A model generated the notes under the pieces. It saw only the letters and a list, made by a program, of their open reading frames with translations. It was not told the DNA's origin and ran no database searches. From NCBI GenBank assembly GCA_024277575.1, contig JAJRUX010000007.1, positions 1-49,851 of the forward strand: 49,851 bases of DNA, in the 5' to 3' direction. Of this stretch, positions 1-13,416 are shown piece after piece; position 1 is the first letter of the stretch, and each line of letters opens with the position of its first letter. Source of the DNA: Gammaproteobacteria bacterium (GTDB lineage Bacteria > Pseudomonadota > Gammaproteobacteria > Thiohalospirales > Thiohalospiraceae). Made by a program: the position numbers and the translations under genes.

Positions 1-97
1 AGGGGCGACGGAAACAGCTGATGCCAGCTCCAGCTTGTCCACACTGGCGGATGAGATGCAGGGCATGGTGCATCAGTTCGGGCAAAAACATACCTGA
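1..97 (+). CDS. 3' end of a gene truncated by the window edge; the tail resembles a methyl-accepting chemotaxis protein C-terminus
   Basis: The frame starting at nt 2 is open from the edge to TGA at 95-97: GATETADASSSLSTLADEMQGMVHQFGQKHT*. The pattern L.E.A.EMQ..V..F at the extreme C-terminus is typical of MCP signalling domains. Only 31 aa are visible. Confidence 0.3.
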   Translation, partial: GATETADASSSLSTLADEMQGMVHQFGQKHT

Positions 98-134
98 TAC
101 TTGAACCTGGAAACCGCAGTTGACTGCCCCATTG

Positions 135-174
135 TGAAGCCTTGAATGCAATCTATATTGCTGCCGGGTTAATA
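135..174 (-). repeat. 40-nt dispersed repeat, copy 1 (inverted relative to copy 2 at 49716-49755)
   Basis: The reverse complement tattaacccggcagcaatatagattgcattcaaggcttca matches 49716-49755 at 37 of 40 positions. It lies 13 nt 3' of the pgm stop codon. Confidence 0.8.
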
Positions 175-187
175 CCTTCTGACATGT

Positions 188-1924
<1,737 letters not shown>

Positions 1925-1962
1925 TTATCCCGACAGGTTATTTTTGAGGAGTCCAGCAGAAC

Positions 1963-3858
1963 ATGACAACAGTAGAAGCACACAAGGAGACCCTGGATTT
2001 TCAGACGGAGGCGAAGCAGCTGCTGCAGCTGATGATCCACTCCCTGTACAGCAACAAGGAGATCTTCCTGCGTGAGCTGATCTCCAATGCTGCGGATGCG
2101 GCGGACAAGCTGCGTTTCGAGGCGCTGAGTGACAGCGCATTATATGAAGATGACAGTGAGCTGAAAATTCATGTCGGTTACGACAAGGATGCCCGCACCA
2201 TCACCATCCGGGATAACGGTATCGGTATGTCCCGGGACGAGGTGATTGACAATATCGGCACCATCGCCAGATCCGGTACCCAGCAGTTTCTGCAGAGTCT
2301 GACCGGTGATCAGGCCAGGGACGCCAGGTTGATTGGTCAATTCGGCGTGGGCTTCTACTCCGCCTTCATCGTTGCCGACAGGGTGACGCTGACCACCCGC
2401 CGGGCCGGGATGGGCGCCGAACACGGGGTGCGTTGGGAGTCCCGCGGCGAAGGGGACTTCACCATCGAGACAGTGGAGAAAACCGGCCGTGGCACGGAGA
2501 TTGTTCTGCATCTGCGCGAAGGAGAGGATGAGTTCCTGGATGGTTACCGCCTGCGCAACATCATCCACAAATATTCCGACCATATCGACATCCCGATCAT
2601 GATGCCCAAAGAGGCAACCGGTGACGAGAAGGCCGAGGGTGAGGAGCAGGTCAACAAGGCATCCGCGCTGTGGACCCGGCCGCGCAACGAGATCAGCGAT
2701 GAGGAGTACAGGGAGTTCTACAAGCACGTTGCCCATGATTTCGAGGATCCGCTCGCCTGGAGCCACAACCGCATCGAGGGCAATCTGGAGTACACCTCGC
2801 TGCTATATATCCCCAAACGGGCGCCTTTCGACCTGTGGGATCGGGAGCGCCGCCACGGCATCAAACTCTATGTGCGCAAGGTATTCATCATGGACGACGC
2901 CGAGCAGTTGATGCCCAACTATCTGCGCTTCGTGCGGGGTGTGATCGATTCCAACGATCTGCCGCTGAATGTCTCCCGTGAAATTCTGCAGCAGAGCAAG
3001 GTGATCGACTCCATGCGTTCCGGTTCCGTGCGCAAGGTACTGGATCTGCTTGAGAGTCTGGCCAAAAACGATCCTGAAAAATACGCCACCTTCTGGTCCG
3101 GGTTTGGCCGGGTGATGAAGGAGGGGCCGGCGGAGGATTTTGCCAACCGCGAACGTATCGCCGGGCTGCTGCGCTTTGCCTCCACGCACAACGATGATGA
3201 CAGCCAGAACGTCTCCCTGGCCGATTACATCAGCCGCATGAAAGAGGGGCAGAAGGAGATTTACTACATTACCGCTGACAGCTTCAACGCCGCGCGTCAC
3301 AGCCCGCATCTTGAGGTGTTTCGCAAGAAAGAGATCGAGGTGCTGCTGCTGTTCGATCGTGTGGACGAGTGGCTGGTCTCCTCCCTTACCGAGTTTGACG
3401 GCAAGCCGCTGAAGTCCATCGCCAAGGGCGAGCTGGATCTGGGTGAGCTGGAGGACAAGGAGGAGAAAAAACAGCAGAAAAAGATCGCCAAAGAGTTCAA
3501 GGAACTGGTGAAACGGGTAACCGATGCGCTGGGAGAACGGGTCAAGGAGGTGCGTTTGACCCACCGGCTGACCGAATCCCCCGCCTGCCTGGTAAGCGAG
3601 GCTCACGATATGGGCGCCAACCTGGAGCGCATTCTCAGGGAGGCGGGGCAGGAGATCCCGGCCAGCAAGCCAATCCTGGAGCTGAATCCCGAACATCCGC
3701 TGGTGCTCAAACTGCGCGACGAGCAGCCGGGCAAGCGTTTCGATGACTGGGTAGAGGTTCTGTTCGATCAGGCGCTGCTAGCGGAAGGTGGACAGCTCGA
3801 TGATCCGGCTACCTTTGTGGGACGGTTGAACGCGCTGCTGCTGGAGCTGAGCAAGTAA
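1963..3858 (+). CDS. htpG: molecular chaperone HtpG (Hsp90)
   Basis: The 631-aa product has the Bergerat-fold N-terminus [21 protein letters not shown], plus DNGIGM and [11 protein letters not shown], and is collinear with HtpG over its full length. Confidence 0.97.
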   Translation: MTTVEAHKETLDFQTEAKQLLQLMIHSLYSNKEIFLRELISNAADAADKLRFEALSDSALYEDDSELKIHVGYDKDARTITIRDNGIGMSRDEVIDNIGTIARSGTQQFLQSLTGDQARDARLIGQFGVGFYSAFIVADRVTLTTRRAGMGAEHGVRWESRGEGDFTIETVEKTGRGTEIVLHLREGEDEFLDGYRLRNIIHKYSDHIDIPIMMPKEATGDEKAEGEEQVNKASALWTRPRNEISDEEYREFYKHVAHDFEDPLAWSHNRIEGNLEYTSLLYIPKRAPFDLWDRERRHGIKLYVRKVFIMDDAEQLMPNYLRFVRGVIDSNDLPLNVSREILQQSKVIDSMRSGSVRKVLDLLESLAKNDPEKYATFWSGFGRVMKEGPAEDFANRERIAGLLRFASTHNDDDSQNVSLADYISRMKEGQKEIYYITADSFNAARHSPHLEVFRKKEIEVLLLFDRVDEWLVSSLTEFDGKPLKSIAKGELDLGELEDKEEKKQQKKIAKEFKELVKRVTDALGERVKEVRLTHRLTESPACLVSEAHDMGANLERILREAGQEIPASKPILELNPEHPLVLKLRDEQPGKRFDDWVEVLFDQALLAEGGQLDDPATFVGRLNALLLELSK

Positions 3859-4029
3859 GAAAACCCTGATGACTCAGGATTTGGCATCACGGTCCGTTTT
3901 TGTGGCAAGGCGCTGAATCCTGATTTGTTACTCCAGACATATGGCAATTGTGAGGGCTGTTTTTACTGGCATAAACCACCGTAGCGGGATAGGATACGGA
4001 AGAACAGTTGATTAAGGGATGGAGCGGAT

Positions 4030-4323
4030 ATGAAACGTATAGTTTTCCTCTTGTTTTTCCTGGTGGTGCTGGTCGTGGGACTGGGCTTCGCCGTTATCAA
4101 TATTGATCCGGTAAAAGTGAATTACTACCTTGGCAGTGTCGAGATGCCGCTTGCGCTGCTGATTGTACTGTCGATTGCTGTTGGGGGCGTGCTGGGTGTG
4201 CTCGCCACAACGGGTAAAATAGTCGGCGCAAAAGGTGAGTGTGTGCGTTTGCGCAGAATGCTCAACGGCGCCGAAAAGGAGCTGGAAAAGCTGCGCTCCT
4301 CCCCACAGCCCGACACCCGATAA
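4030..4323 (+). CDS. lapA: lipopolysaccharide assembly protein LapA (YciS)
   Basis: The 97-aa product has two N-terminal TM helices and a charged tail (AEKELEKLR). It sits directly upstream of lapB and pyrF, as in enterics. Confidence 0.8.
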   Translation: MKRIVFLLFFLVVLVVGLGFAVINIDPVKVNYYLGSVEMPLALLIVLSIAVGGVLGVLATTGKIVGAKGECVRLRRMLNGAEKELEKLRSSPQPDTR

Positions 4324-4324
4324 G

Positions 4325-5527
4325 ATGAGCGCCGAAACTCTCCTTTTTCTACTGCTTCCTGTTGCCGCTGCTTCCGGCTGGGTGCTGGCGCGTCGGCAGG
4401 ACAGTGACAGCAACGAAACCAGCCACCTGCCGCCGGACTATTTCCGTGGATTGAGTTATCTGCTCGATGACCAGCATGACAAGGCCATCGACATCTTTAT
4501 CCGCATGCTGGAAGAGGACAGCGAAACGGTAGAGCTCCATCTGGCCGTGGGTAATCTGTTCCGCAACCGGGGCGAGGTGGATCGTGCCATCCGCATTCAT
4601 CAGAACCTGGTCAACCGTACTACGTTGAGTGATGAACAGCGGATTCAGGCCAGGTTTGAACTGGGTGAGGATTACATGCGTGCCGGCCTGCTGGATGGCG
4701 CCGAGAATCTGTTCAGGGAACTGGTGGAGAAAGGGGAGTATCTGCCTGAATCCCTGCGCCATCTGATCGATATTTATCAGCAGGAGAAGGATTGGCAGAA
4801 AGCCATTGATGCCGGTTTCAAACTGGAGCAGTCCGGTGTCACCGACGTTCGGCCCATGATTGCCCAGCACTACTGCGAACTGACCGAGGAAGCCCTCAAA
4901 AGGGGCGATCTCAAACAGGCGCAACAGATGCTTAAACATGCCCGGGCCACCTGGCCGCAGTGCGTCCGCGCCAGCCTTATCGAGGGTGAAATGGCAATGG
5001 AGACGGAACGGTACGAGGATGCCCGGCTGGCTTTTCAGCGTATAGAACAGCAGGATGCCGACTACCTCCCGGAAGTAATTCCGATGCTGCAGGAGTGCTA
5101 CCGGAAAACGGGTACACAGCAACAGATGCTGGATTACCTGCAGACCATGGTGGAGCGTCATGGAAGTCTCGGCATCATGCTGGCTCTGGCTGAGATGATC
5201 TGCGAGCAGCAGGGTGGTCAACAGGCGGCGGCAGCCCTGCTTGATTATCTTGAGAAACACCCCTCGCTACGGGGGCTGGATCAGTTTGTCGGGCTTGTTT
5301 CCCGTTGTGGGGATACACCGGATCAGCGGGTGCTTGCCGGTGTTGGGAGCATTATCAATCGTCTGGTGGAAGATGATCCTGATTATCTGTGCCGCAATTG
5401 CGGTTTTCAGGGCAAGGTGCTGCACTGGCAGTGTCCCAGCTGCAAGAGCTGGGGAACGGTAAAACCCTTGCACGGCATTCAGCGGAAACAGAAAAGGGAC
5501 AGGGTTCTTTCATTAGTGGTCTCCTGA
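4325..5527 (+). CDS. lapB: lipopolysaccharide assembly protein LapB (YciM), TPR plus rubredoxin-like zinc finger
   Basis: An N-terminal TM helix (LLFLLLPVAAASGWVLA) is followed by TPR repeats and a C-terminal CRNCGF...WQCPSCKSWGT. I moved the start to the ATG at 4325, 1 nt after the lapA stop. The ORF-track start at 4235 overlaps lapA. Confidence 0.92.
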   Translation: MSAETLLFLLLPVAAASGWVLARRQDSDSNETSHLPPDYFRGLSYLLDDQHDKAIDIFIRMLEEDSETVELHLAVGNLFRNRGEVDRAIRIHQNLVNRTTLSDEQRIQARFELGEDYMRAGLLDGAENLFRELVEKGEYLPESLRHLIDIYQQEKDWQKAIDAGFKLEQSGVTDVRPMIAQHYCELTEEALKRGDLKQAQQMLKHARATWPQCVRASLIEGEMAMETERYEDARLAFQRIEQQDADYLPEVIPMLQECYRKTGTQQQMLDYLQTMVERHGSLGIMLALAEMICEQQGGQQAAAALLDYLEKHPSLRGLDQFVGLVSRCGDTPDQRVLAGVGSIINRLVEDDPDYLCRNCGFQGKVLHWQCPSCKSWGTVKPLHGIQRKQKRDRVLSLVVS

Positions 5528-5533
5528 GCCAAA

Positions 5534-6238
5534 ATGCGGGATAACGTTTTTACTCCACCACATATTGTTGTTGCCTTGGATTTTCCTGATCAGCAACAGG
5601 CGTTGCAGTTTTCCCGGCAGCTTGACCCGCAGCGTTGCCGGCTCAAGGTCGGCAAGGAGCTGTTTACCCGTGCGGGGACGCAGGTAGTGGAACAACTGAT
5701 TGATTCCGGTTTTGACCTGTTTCTTGATCTCAAATTTCATGATATTCCCAACACCGTTGCCGGTGCCTGCGCTGCTGCGGCTGATCTGGGGGTGTGGATG
5801 ATCAACGTTCATGCCCTGGGTGGTCGTTGCATGATGGAGGCAGCACGGAATGCTGTTGAACAGAGCCGTCACCAGCCATTGCTGACGGCAGTCACCATCC
5901 TTACCAGCATGGATGAGAACGGGATACACGAGATTGGCCTGGCCGGTACGCCGCGGGACAATGTCATGCGGCTCGCCGCCCTGGCCAAAGAGTCCGGTAT
6001 GGATGGTGTGGTGTGTTCACCGTGTGAGGCAGCTGATCTGCGACGTGAACATGGTGCGGAGTTCTGTCTGGTAACACCGGGGGTTCGGCCATCGTGGGCG
6101 GACAGGGGTGACCAGAACCGCACCATGACACCGGCTGAGGCGCGTAAGGTGGGGGCCGATTATCTGGTGATTGGTCGGCCAATTACTGCCTCCACCGATC
6201 CATTGGAAGCACTCGCGGCAATAGAAAAAGAGATTTGA
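5534..6238 (+). CDS. pyrF: orotidine 5'-phosphate decarboxylase
   Basis: Motifs [23 protein letters not shown] and LVIGRPIT in a 234-aa product. Confidence 0.96.
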   Translation: MRDNVFTPPHIVVALDFPDQQQALQFSRQLDPQRCRLKVGKELFTRAGTQVVEQLIDSGFDLFLDLKFHDIPNTVAGACAAAADLGVWMINVHALGGRCMMEAARNAVEQSRHQPLLTAVTILTSMDENGIHEIGLAGTPRDNVMRLAALAKESGMDGVVCSPCEAADLRREHGAEFCLVTPGVRPSWADRGDQNRTMTPAEARKVGADYLVIGRPITASTDPLEALAAIEKEI

Positions 6239-6280
6239 GTGTTCCGCGTCATACTGATTCCAGAATAAACCGAACTCGGG

Positions 6281-8268
<1,988 letters not shown>

Positions 8269-8310
8269 TTACAGGAAGATGCGTTACCATGAGAAGAACA
8301 AGGCAATAAA

Positions 8311-10167
8311 GTGAGGGGGAAACTGATTGTGATCGCAATGGTTTTAGCCGGAGTTGCCGGCGCCACTGTTTTGTTGACCAGTATGAACCTGGATGCTGAG
8401 TCAATATCCCGGCCAGCTGAAAAAGCAGTGATGTATGAGGTGCAGGCGGTGGATGGAATGACCCGTATTGATCGGAAAGGTCGGTTCAGCGGGGCAAAAA
8501 AAGCCCGCTTGTACGCCGCCCGCAATGAGACAGAGCCGTTCCAGGTTGTGGTGTCATCCTACGGCAAGCCGCTCAAAATTGTGGACGTCAGTGTGAGTGA
8601 ACTGGTCGGTCCAAACCAGACACGGATTACTGCCGCCACTCTCTATCGGGCACACTATGTCCCGGTAACAAAACCTTCACCGCTGTCGCAATACTCTCCC
8701 CGCGAGTATGCCGATGCACTGATCCCGTTCAGAAATCCGGTAACCAAGAAGCCGCTGTCTGGTGTGGTATATGACGCTGTACCGTTCACTGTGGCAAAGG
8801 GAGAGAATCAACCTATCTGGATCGACCTGCATATTCCCAAAAAGGTACCTGCCGGTGATTATCATGGACAAGTAACAGTAACGGCTGAAGGGGGTTTGCG
8901 GGCTTCACTGCCGGTGACACTGACCGTATGGAACTTTACTTTGCCGGATGTTCCTGCGCTGGGATCGGACTTTGGATTGAACGGCTTTCAGGTGGCGAAT
9001 ATCTATGGTCTGGATCAGGAACGGGATGCCCGCACCGTCAATCCGCTGATTCGATCCTATTATGATCTGCTGTTCGATCATCTGTTGTCACCCTCTGATC
9101 TGTTCGACACCCGGCCAAACGCAGATCCGGTCACTGGCAAGCCGGATTTTAATGCGTTTTATCCGGGACTCGGGACGGCGGCGCAAGGGCTGAAATATTA
9201 TCTGAACAGAAAACACGCCGCCAGTTATAGCTATATTTTCTGGGAGCGCTCACCCTTTAATGATCCACTGGGACGGGATCGCAGCCGGATGAAAAACTTT
9301 CTTGTCGGTTATGTCAGTTATTTAAACAAACATGGCTGGAGTGATCGGGCACAGATGCCCTATGGCTTCCTTGATGAGCCGTCCAGCAAAGAGGCCTACG
9401 AAAAAATTCGCAATTGGGGACGCTTGTTCAATGAGGTGGAAAAACGTGTTGGTACTCCAGCACCACTGATGATTACCGAACAGCCGGAGCCGGAGGATAC
9501 CGCGTGGGGTTCGCTGGATGGGTACGTGGATATCTGGGTACCGGAGTTTAATGCGGTCTGGCTGGATGAGTATCACAATAGGGGCGCGATCAAAAAACAG
9601 CTTGTCGCGGGTAATCGGGTTTGGAGTTATGCGGCGCTCGCTTACGTTCCCTCGGAGTGGCGTCGTTCGCATCCATTCTCATCAAAACTGAAGGATTCCC
9701 ATCCGCCAAAATGGCTGACCGATTATGCGCCGATTAATTTCCGCATTCCCACCTGGCTGAATGCATTGTCGGGAATTACCGGGCTGCTCTATTGGGACAC
9801 CATCTGGTGGGCCGATGGTGTCGATGTCTGGAAGGATGCCGGTACCTACCGGCATGAGGACAAGAATGATCCCGACAGCTGGGGTTTGATCCTTAATGGT
9901 GAAGGCTTTCTGATCTATCCGGGTTTTCGTAATCAGATTGGATTCGATGGCCCGGTACCTTCCATTCGGCTCAAATGGTTTCGCGAATCGGTGGAGGACT
10001 ATGCCTATATCCAGCTGCTGCGTGATGCGGGAGAGTGGGGATTTGCCAAAAAACAGATTAATACTTTCGCCCGGGGAGTCGGCGACTGGAAAGATGACAT
10101 CCGTGCGCTGTATCGGGCGCGGCGCGCCATGGGAGAACGCCTGTCAGCGCTCCATGGTAAAAAGTAG
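8311..10167 (+). CDS. secreted or anchored DUF4091-type (GH123-like) protein
   Basis: It has a GTG start and an N-terminal hydrophobic anchor (LIVIAMVLAGVAGATVLL). It contains VWNFTLPD, and the C-terminal block NGEGFLIYPG...GPVPSIRLKWFRESVEDYAYIQLL matches the conserved DUF4091 C-terminal motif as I remember it. Confidence 0.65.
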   Translation: MRGKLIVIAMVLAGVAGATVLLTSMNLDAESISRPAEKAVMYEVQAVDGMTRIDRKGRFSGAKKARLYAARNETEPFQVVVSSYGKPLKIVDVSVSELVGPNQTRITAATLYRAHYVPVTKPSPLSQYSPREYADALIPFRNPVTKKPLSGVVYDAVPFTVAKGENQPIWIDLHIPKKVPAGDYHGQVTVTAEGGLRASLPVTLTVWNFTLPDVPALGSDFGLNGFQVANIYGLDQERDARTVNPLIRSYYDLLFDHLLSPSDLFDTRPNADPVTGKPDFNAFYPGLGTAAQGLKYYLNRKHAASYSYIFWERSPFNDPLGRDRSRMKNFLVGYVSYLNKHGWSDRAQMPYGFLDEPSSKEAYEKIRNWGRLFNEVEKRVGTPAPLMITEQPEPEDTAWGSLDGYVDIWVPEFNAVWLDEYHNRGAIKKQLVAGNRVWSYAALAYVPSEWRRSHPFSSKLKDSHPPKWLTDYAPINFRIPTWLNALSGITGLLYWDTIWWADGVDVWKDAGTYRHEDKNDPDSWGLILNGEGFLIYPGFRNQIGFDGPVPSIRLKWFRESVEDYAYIQLLRDAGEWGFAKKQINTFARGVGDWKDDIRALYRARRAMGERLSALHGKK

Positions 10168-13100
10168 ATCGATGCCGCTTTGATGTCCGGATTCACTCTC
10201 CAGCAGCCAATGTTTACTGATCTCATAGCGGGCGCGCAGAATATTGCTGCCCTCGGTGAGGCCGATGACGTACTGAACATAGAGCCGGGGTGAAAGATAT
10301 TTTCCCAGCACCAGAGAGGTGTTGTCGTCGGTTGCTCCTGATTCGATACTGACATCTTCGATATCCAGCTGTTTGCCCAGCCGCTTGGCCAGCCAGGCCC
10401 CGCCCGCCAGTTGCAGTGAATTGGCGGCCTGGCTCAGACGGGTACCTTCGCTGGTGCTCGCTTCCCGCAACGGTTTGCCGATCAGAAGATAAGCGAGAAT
10501 GTCGCCGTCATCCATGGGTGGTGATGAGAACAGTTGCAGTTCCGGTTTTTTCAGCCGGCCGAACACATTCATTCCGGCCTCCACATCCCGGCTTCGGCGT
10601 ACCACCCGAAACTGTAGCCCGGGATTGTTCAGCGGACTGGCGGCGTACAGCAACCGCCCTTCATCGATATTGATTTTTTGTCCGTAAATTTTGTAACTTC
10701 CATCGTGGATCTCCAGTTCGCCCTGCGCTATTGCCGGGCGGTTCGGACTTTCGATAATGGCTAGCTGACCGGTGATTCGCCCCTCGAAACCGTGGCCGCG
10801 AACCTTGACCTTTTCCCCCAGTTTCAGGGCAATGGTGGTGGCGATGGTCCAGCGCCTCTGTTGCTGTAGCTCGGTTTCTTCACCGCCAATGACGATAACA
10901 TCGGGTGATACCTGAACCAGCCCCTGTTTTTCCGGCAGTTTTATCTTTGCCCTGGGGATTTCGATATAGCCGGAAATCTGTATTTTGCGTGGCTGGATAT
11001 ATACCGCCAGATCCGGTGAGGCGATCACCTTTGCCTCGGGTATCCTGGCCACTTCGATATTCTTGCCTTTCAGTTTGATTTTTGTTTTCCATTCACGCGG
11101 GGAATCAAAATTGATCTCTCCGGAGATGGCGAGCGTCCCCGGCCCTGAGCGGGCGCTGCCTTGCAGTATCAGCTCACTGTTCCGGCGGGTGTTTGCCTGA
11201 AGATTTATTTCGTGCAGTTTCAAGCCCAAATCGGGTAGAGATAAAGAGCCGTCATCAAGCCTGATCACGCCATTCAGTTGTGGGGAACCGAAGGTGCCGC
11301 CAAAGCCGAGATCGCCCGCCACTCTCCCCTTTGGCTGATGAACTTTGGGAGCAAACAGGGGCAGCAGGGTGAGCTCGTTCAGGGTGACCTTCAGCTCTCC
11401 GTTGAGCGGTTGTGTTGCCGCCAGTGGATCAGAAATCTGCCAGCCGGGCAGTTGCCATTTTCCCCGGGCGCCGCCGGTCTTCAACAGGTCCATATCCAGG
11501 CTTGCTTCAACTCCCTCCGGGGTTTTGTTTATCTGCAGGTTCAGTTCGCGATAGGATGTGTCGTAATGCTCTTTCTCCGGGGTTACATATCGTATCTTGC
11601 CGTTGTGCAGACGCAGCTCCAGGTTGCTGCCGTCAATCTTTTCCTCACGATAGGCAAGGCGGGCTGTTCCTTCGGCCAGTCCGGTCAGGGAGAGGTCGGT
11701 TTTCGGCAGCCAGGGCTGCAGCCATTTCAGCTCAAATTTTTGCAGGGAAAGATCGGCAAGCAAGCCGCCGTCCGTGGTGTTGTTCCCGTCAATGCAGAGG
11801 CTGGAGGTTTTGTGCTGCCAGCACCAGGAGGAGAGTGAGGCTACGGATTTTCCGAGCTGCAGTTCAGCGGTCTGCTGCTGTTGCCACTGCTGTTCCGGTA
11901 TTGAGAGCTGCCCGTTTTCGAGTACTGCGTGCCAGACTCCTCTTTTCAGACTGCCGTGGATGCGGCTGCGCAGCCGGGTGATTTTGTCATACTCCAGTTG
12001 CAGATGAAGTTGATGGGAGAGGGTTGTGCCGTCCCCGGTCAGTGAGACGCGGTTGATCCGGTTTTCTCCGATATGGATGTTGTTAATTTCTGTCTTGATC
12101 AGCCAGGGGGCGCTCTCCCGCAGACCAAAACCCAGATCACCTTGCAGCCGCTCCGCCAGATACTGTTTCCAGCGAACGTTGTCACCTTTCAGTTGTACGC
12201 GCAGATGGGGCTGCTTGCGCGGCCCTGCCACGCTGCCGGAGGCGTCAAGTTTTCCCTCCAGATCCGGCCATAGGTGGGCCAGTTCCGGCGCCGACAGATG
12301 CCATTTTGCGTTCCACTTTTTACCCACGGTTCCCGATGCGGTGAGCCGGGCAGTGCCGGAGTTGATACGCGCATTCTTTACCTGCAGGACGCCATCGGAA
12401 AAATGGAATTTCCCGCTTGCCGAGACCGGATATTCCTGTACGGTACCGTCGAGTTTTTTCAGCTCCACACCGGCCTTGTTGCTGTCACCCTGTCCCGTGA
12501 TCTGAAGGCTGATTTTTCCACCGGGCCATTTTTTCCAGGCCAGCGCAGGATTGATCTCATTACCGGATAGAACTGCGCTCCAGTTCAGGGTGGGTTTCCA
12601 CTGCAGGTGGCCACTGCCTGCCCACTCGCCCTCCAGCCAGTTGGCGAGCAGTTTTTCCGCCTGCAATCCTGACAGATCACCTGTGCCGTTGATTTCCAGT
12701 CGTGCCGGTGAGAGTTTTTCCGAGGGCAGGTCGGCTTTTGCCTCGAACCGGTAGTGTTGTGGCGTGCCTGTCACCTGCACTGTTCCTGCGCCACTGATGA
12801 TGGAGGAGGGTGGAGCGTTCCAGCGCCACTCCGTGTCGATACTGAAATTCAGCTCTGACGTTGTTTCAATCTTCCCCTGGGTCCGGATCTCGCCCTGCGG
12901 AGCGGCTATCTCCAGTTTCCGGAGGGTCAGGGTTGTGTTGTGGAATTTTCCACCAAAGCTGATCCGATCCAGTTTGACCGGAGCGGAATCGGCTCTGCTG
13001 AACCGGAATCCGGCTACGGTTGCCTGCTCCAGCTCGATGGGCAGTGGCAGCGAGAATCCCTGGAAAGGTTGCTGTTGCCCGTTTTGACCCGACTGAGTGA

Positions 13101-13416
13101 CATGCAGCTGTTTTGTGTTCAGGGCTACAATCCGTAAACGGCCCTGCAGTAGTGATTCAGGCCGCCACTGCAACACAAGTTCATCAGCGCTGACGGTGGT
13201 GTTTTTGTTGCGGTAGAAAATGCCCTGTAGCCGGATCTCGCCGAGCAGCCGTCCGCGAGCCGAGTTGATTTTCAGATCGCCACCGAGCGCTGTTTCCAGA
13301 TGCTTCAGGCTCCACTGCAGTCCTGTCTCGGTGCCCAGCAGTAGCGCTGCCGCACCGCCTGTTGAAATGGTGATTGTCAGTAGTAACCAGCCGGTTATCC
13401 GAATCAGGCGCATCAC
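10144..13416 (-). CDS. tamB: translocation and assembly module subunit TamB
   Basis: The 1090-aa product has an N-terminal signal anchor, a long beta-rich body and a DUF490-type C-terminus (GKYLSPRLYVQYVIGL...RYEISKHWLLESESG). There is a 4-nt ATGA overlap with tamA upstream. Confidence 0.9.
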   Translation of the reverse strand: MMRLIRITGWLLLTITISTGGAAALLLGTETGLQWSLKHLETALGGDLKINSARGRLLGEIRLQGIFYRNKNTTVSADELVLQWRPESLLQGRLRIVALNTKQLHVTQSGQNGQQQPFQGFSLPLPIELEQATVAGFRFSRADSAPVKLDRISFGGKFHNTTLTLRKLEIAAPQGEIRTQGKIETTSELNFSIDTEWRWNAPPSSIISGAGTVQVTGTPQHYRFEAKADLPSEKLSPARLEINGTGDLSGLQAEKLLANWLEGEWAGSGHLQWKPTLNWSAVLSGNEINPALAWKKWPGGKISLQITGQGDSNKAGVELKKLDGTVQEYPVSASGKFHFSDGVLQVKNARINSGTARLTASGTVGKKWNAKWHLSAPELAHLWPDLEGKLDASGSVAGPRKQPHLRVQLKGDNVRWKQYLAERLQGDLGFGLRESAPWLIKTEINNIHIGENRINRVSLTGDGTTLSHQLHLQLEYDKITRLRSRIHGSLKRGVWHAVLENGQLSIPEQQWQQQQTAELQLGKSVASLSSWCWQHKTSSLCIDGNNTTDGGLLADLSLQKFELKWLQPWLPKTDLSLTGLAEGTARLAYREEKIDGSNLELRLHNGKIRYVTPEKEHYDTSYRELNLQINKTPEGVEASLDMDLLKTGGARGKWQLPGWQISDPLAATQPLNGELKVTLNELTLLPLFAPKVHQPKGRVAGDLGFGGTFGSPQLNGVIRLDDGSLSLPDLGLKLHEINLQANTRRNSELILQGSARSGPGTLAISGEINFDSPREWKTKIKLKGKNIEVARIPEAKVIASPDLAVYIQPRKIQISGYIEIPRAKIKLPEKQGLVQVSPDVIVIGGEETELQQQRRWTIATTIALKLGEKVKVRGHGFEGRITGQLAIIESPNRPAIAQGELEIHDGSYKIYGQKINIDEGRLLYAASPLNNPGLQFRVVRRSRDVEAGMNVFGRLKKPELQLFSSPPMDDGDILAYLLIGKPLREASTSEGTRLSQAANSLQLAGGAWLAKRLGKQLDIEDVSIESGATDDNTSLVLGKYLSPRLYVQYVIGLTEGSNILRARYEISKHWLLESESGHQSGIDLLFTMER

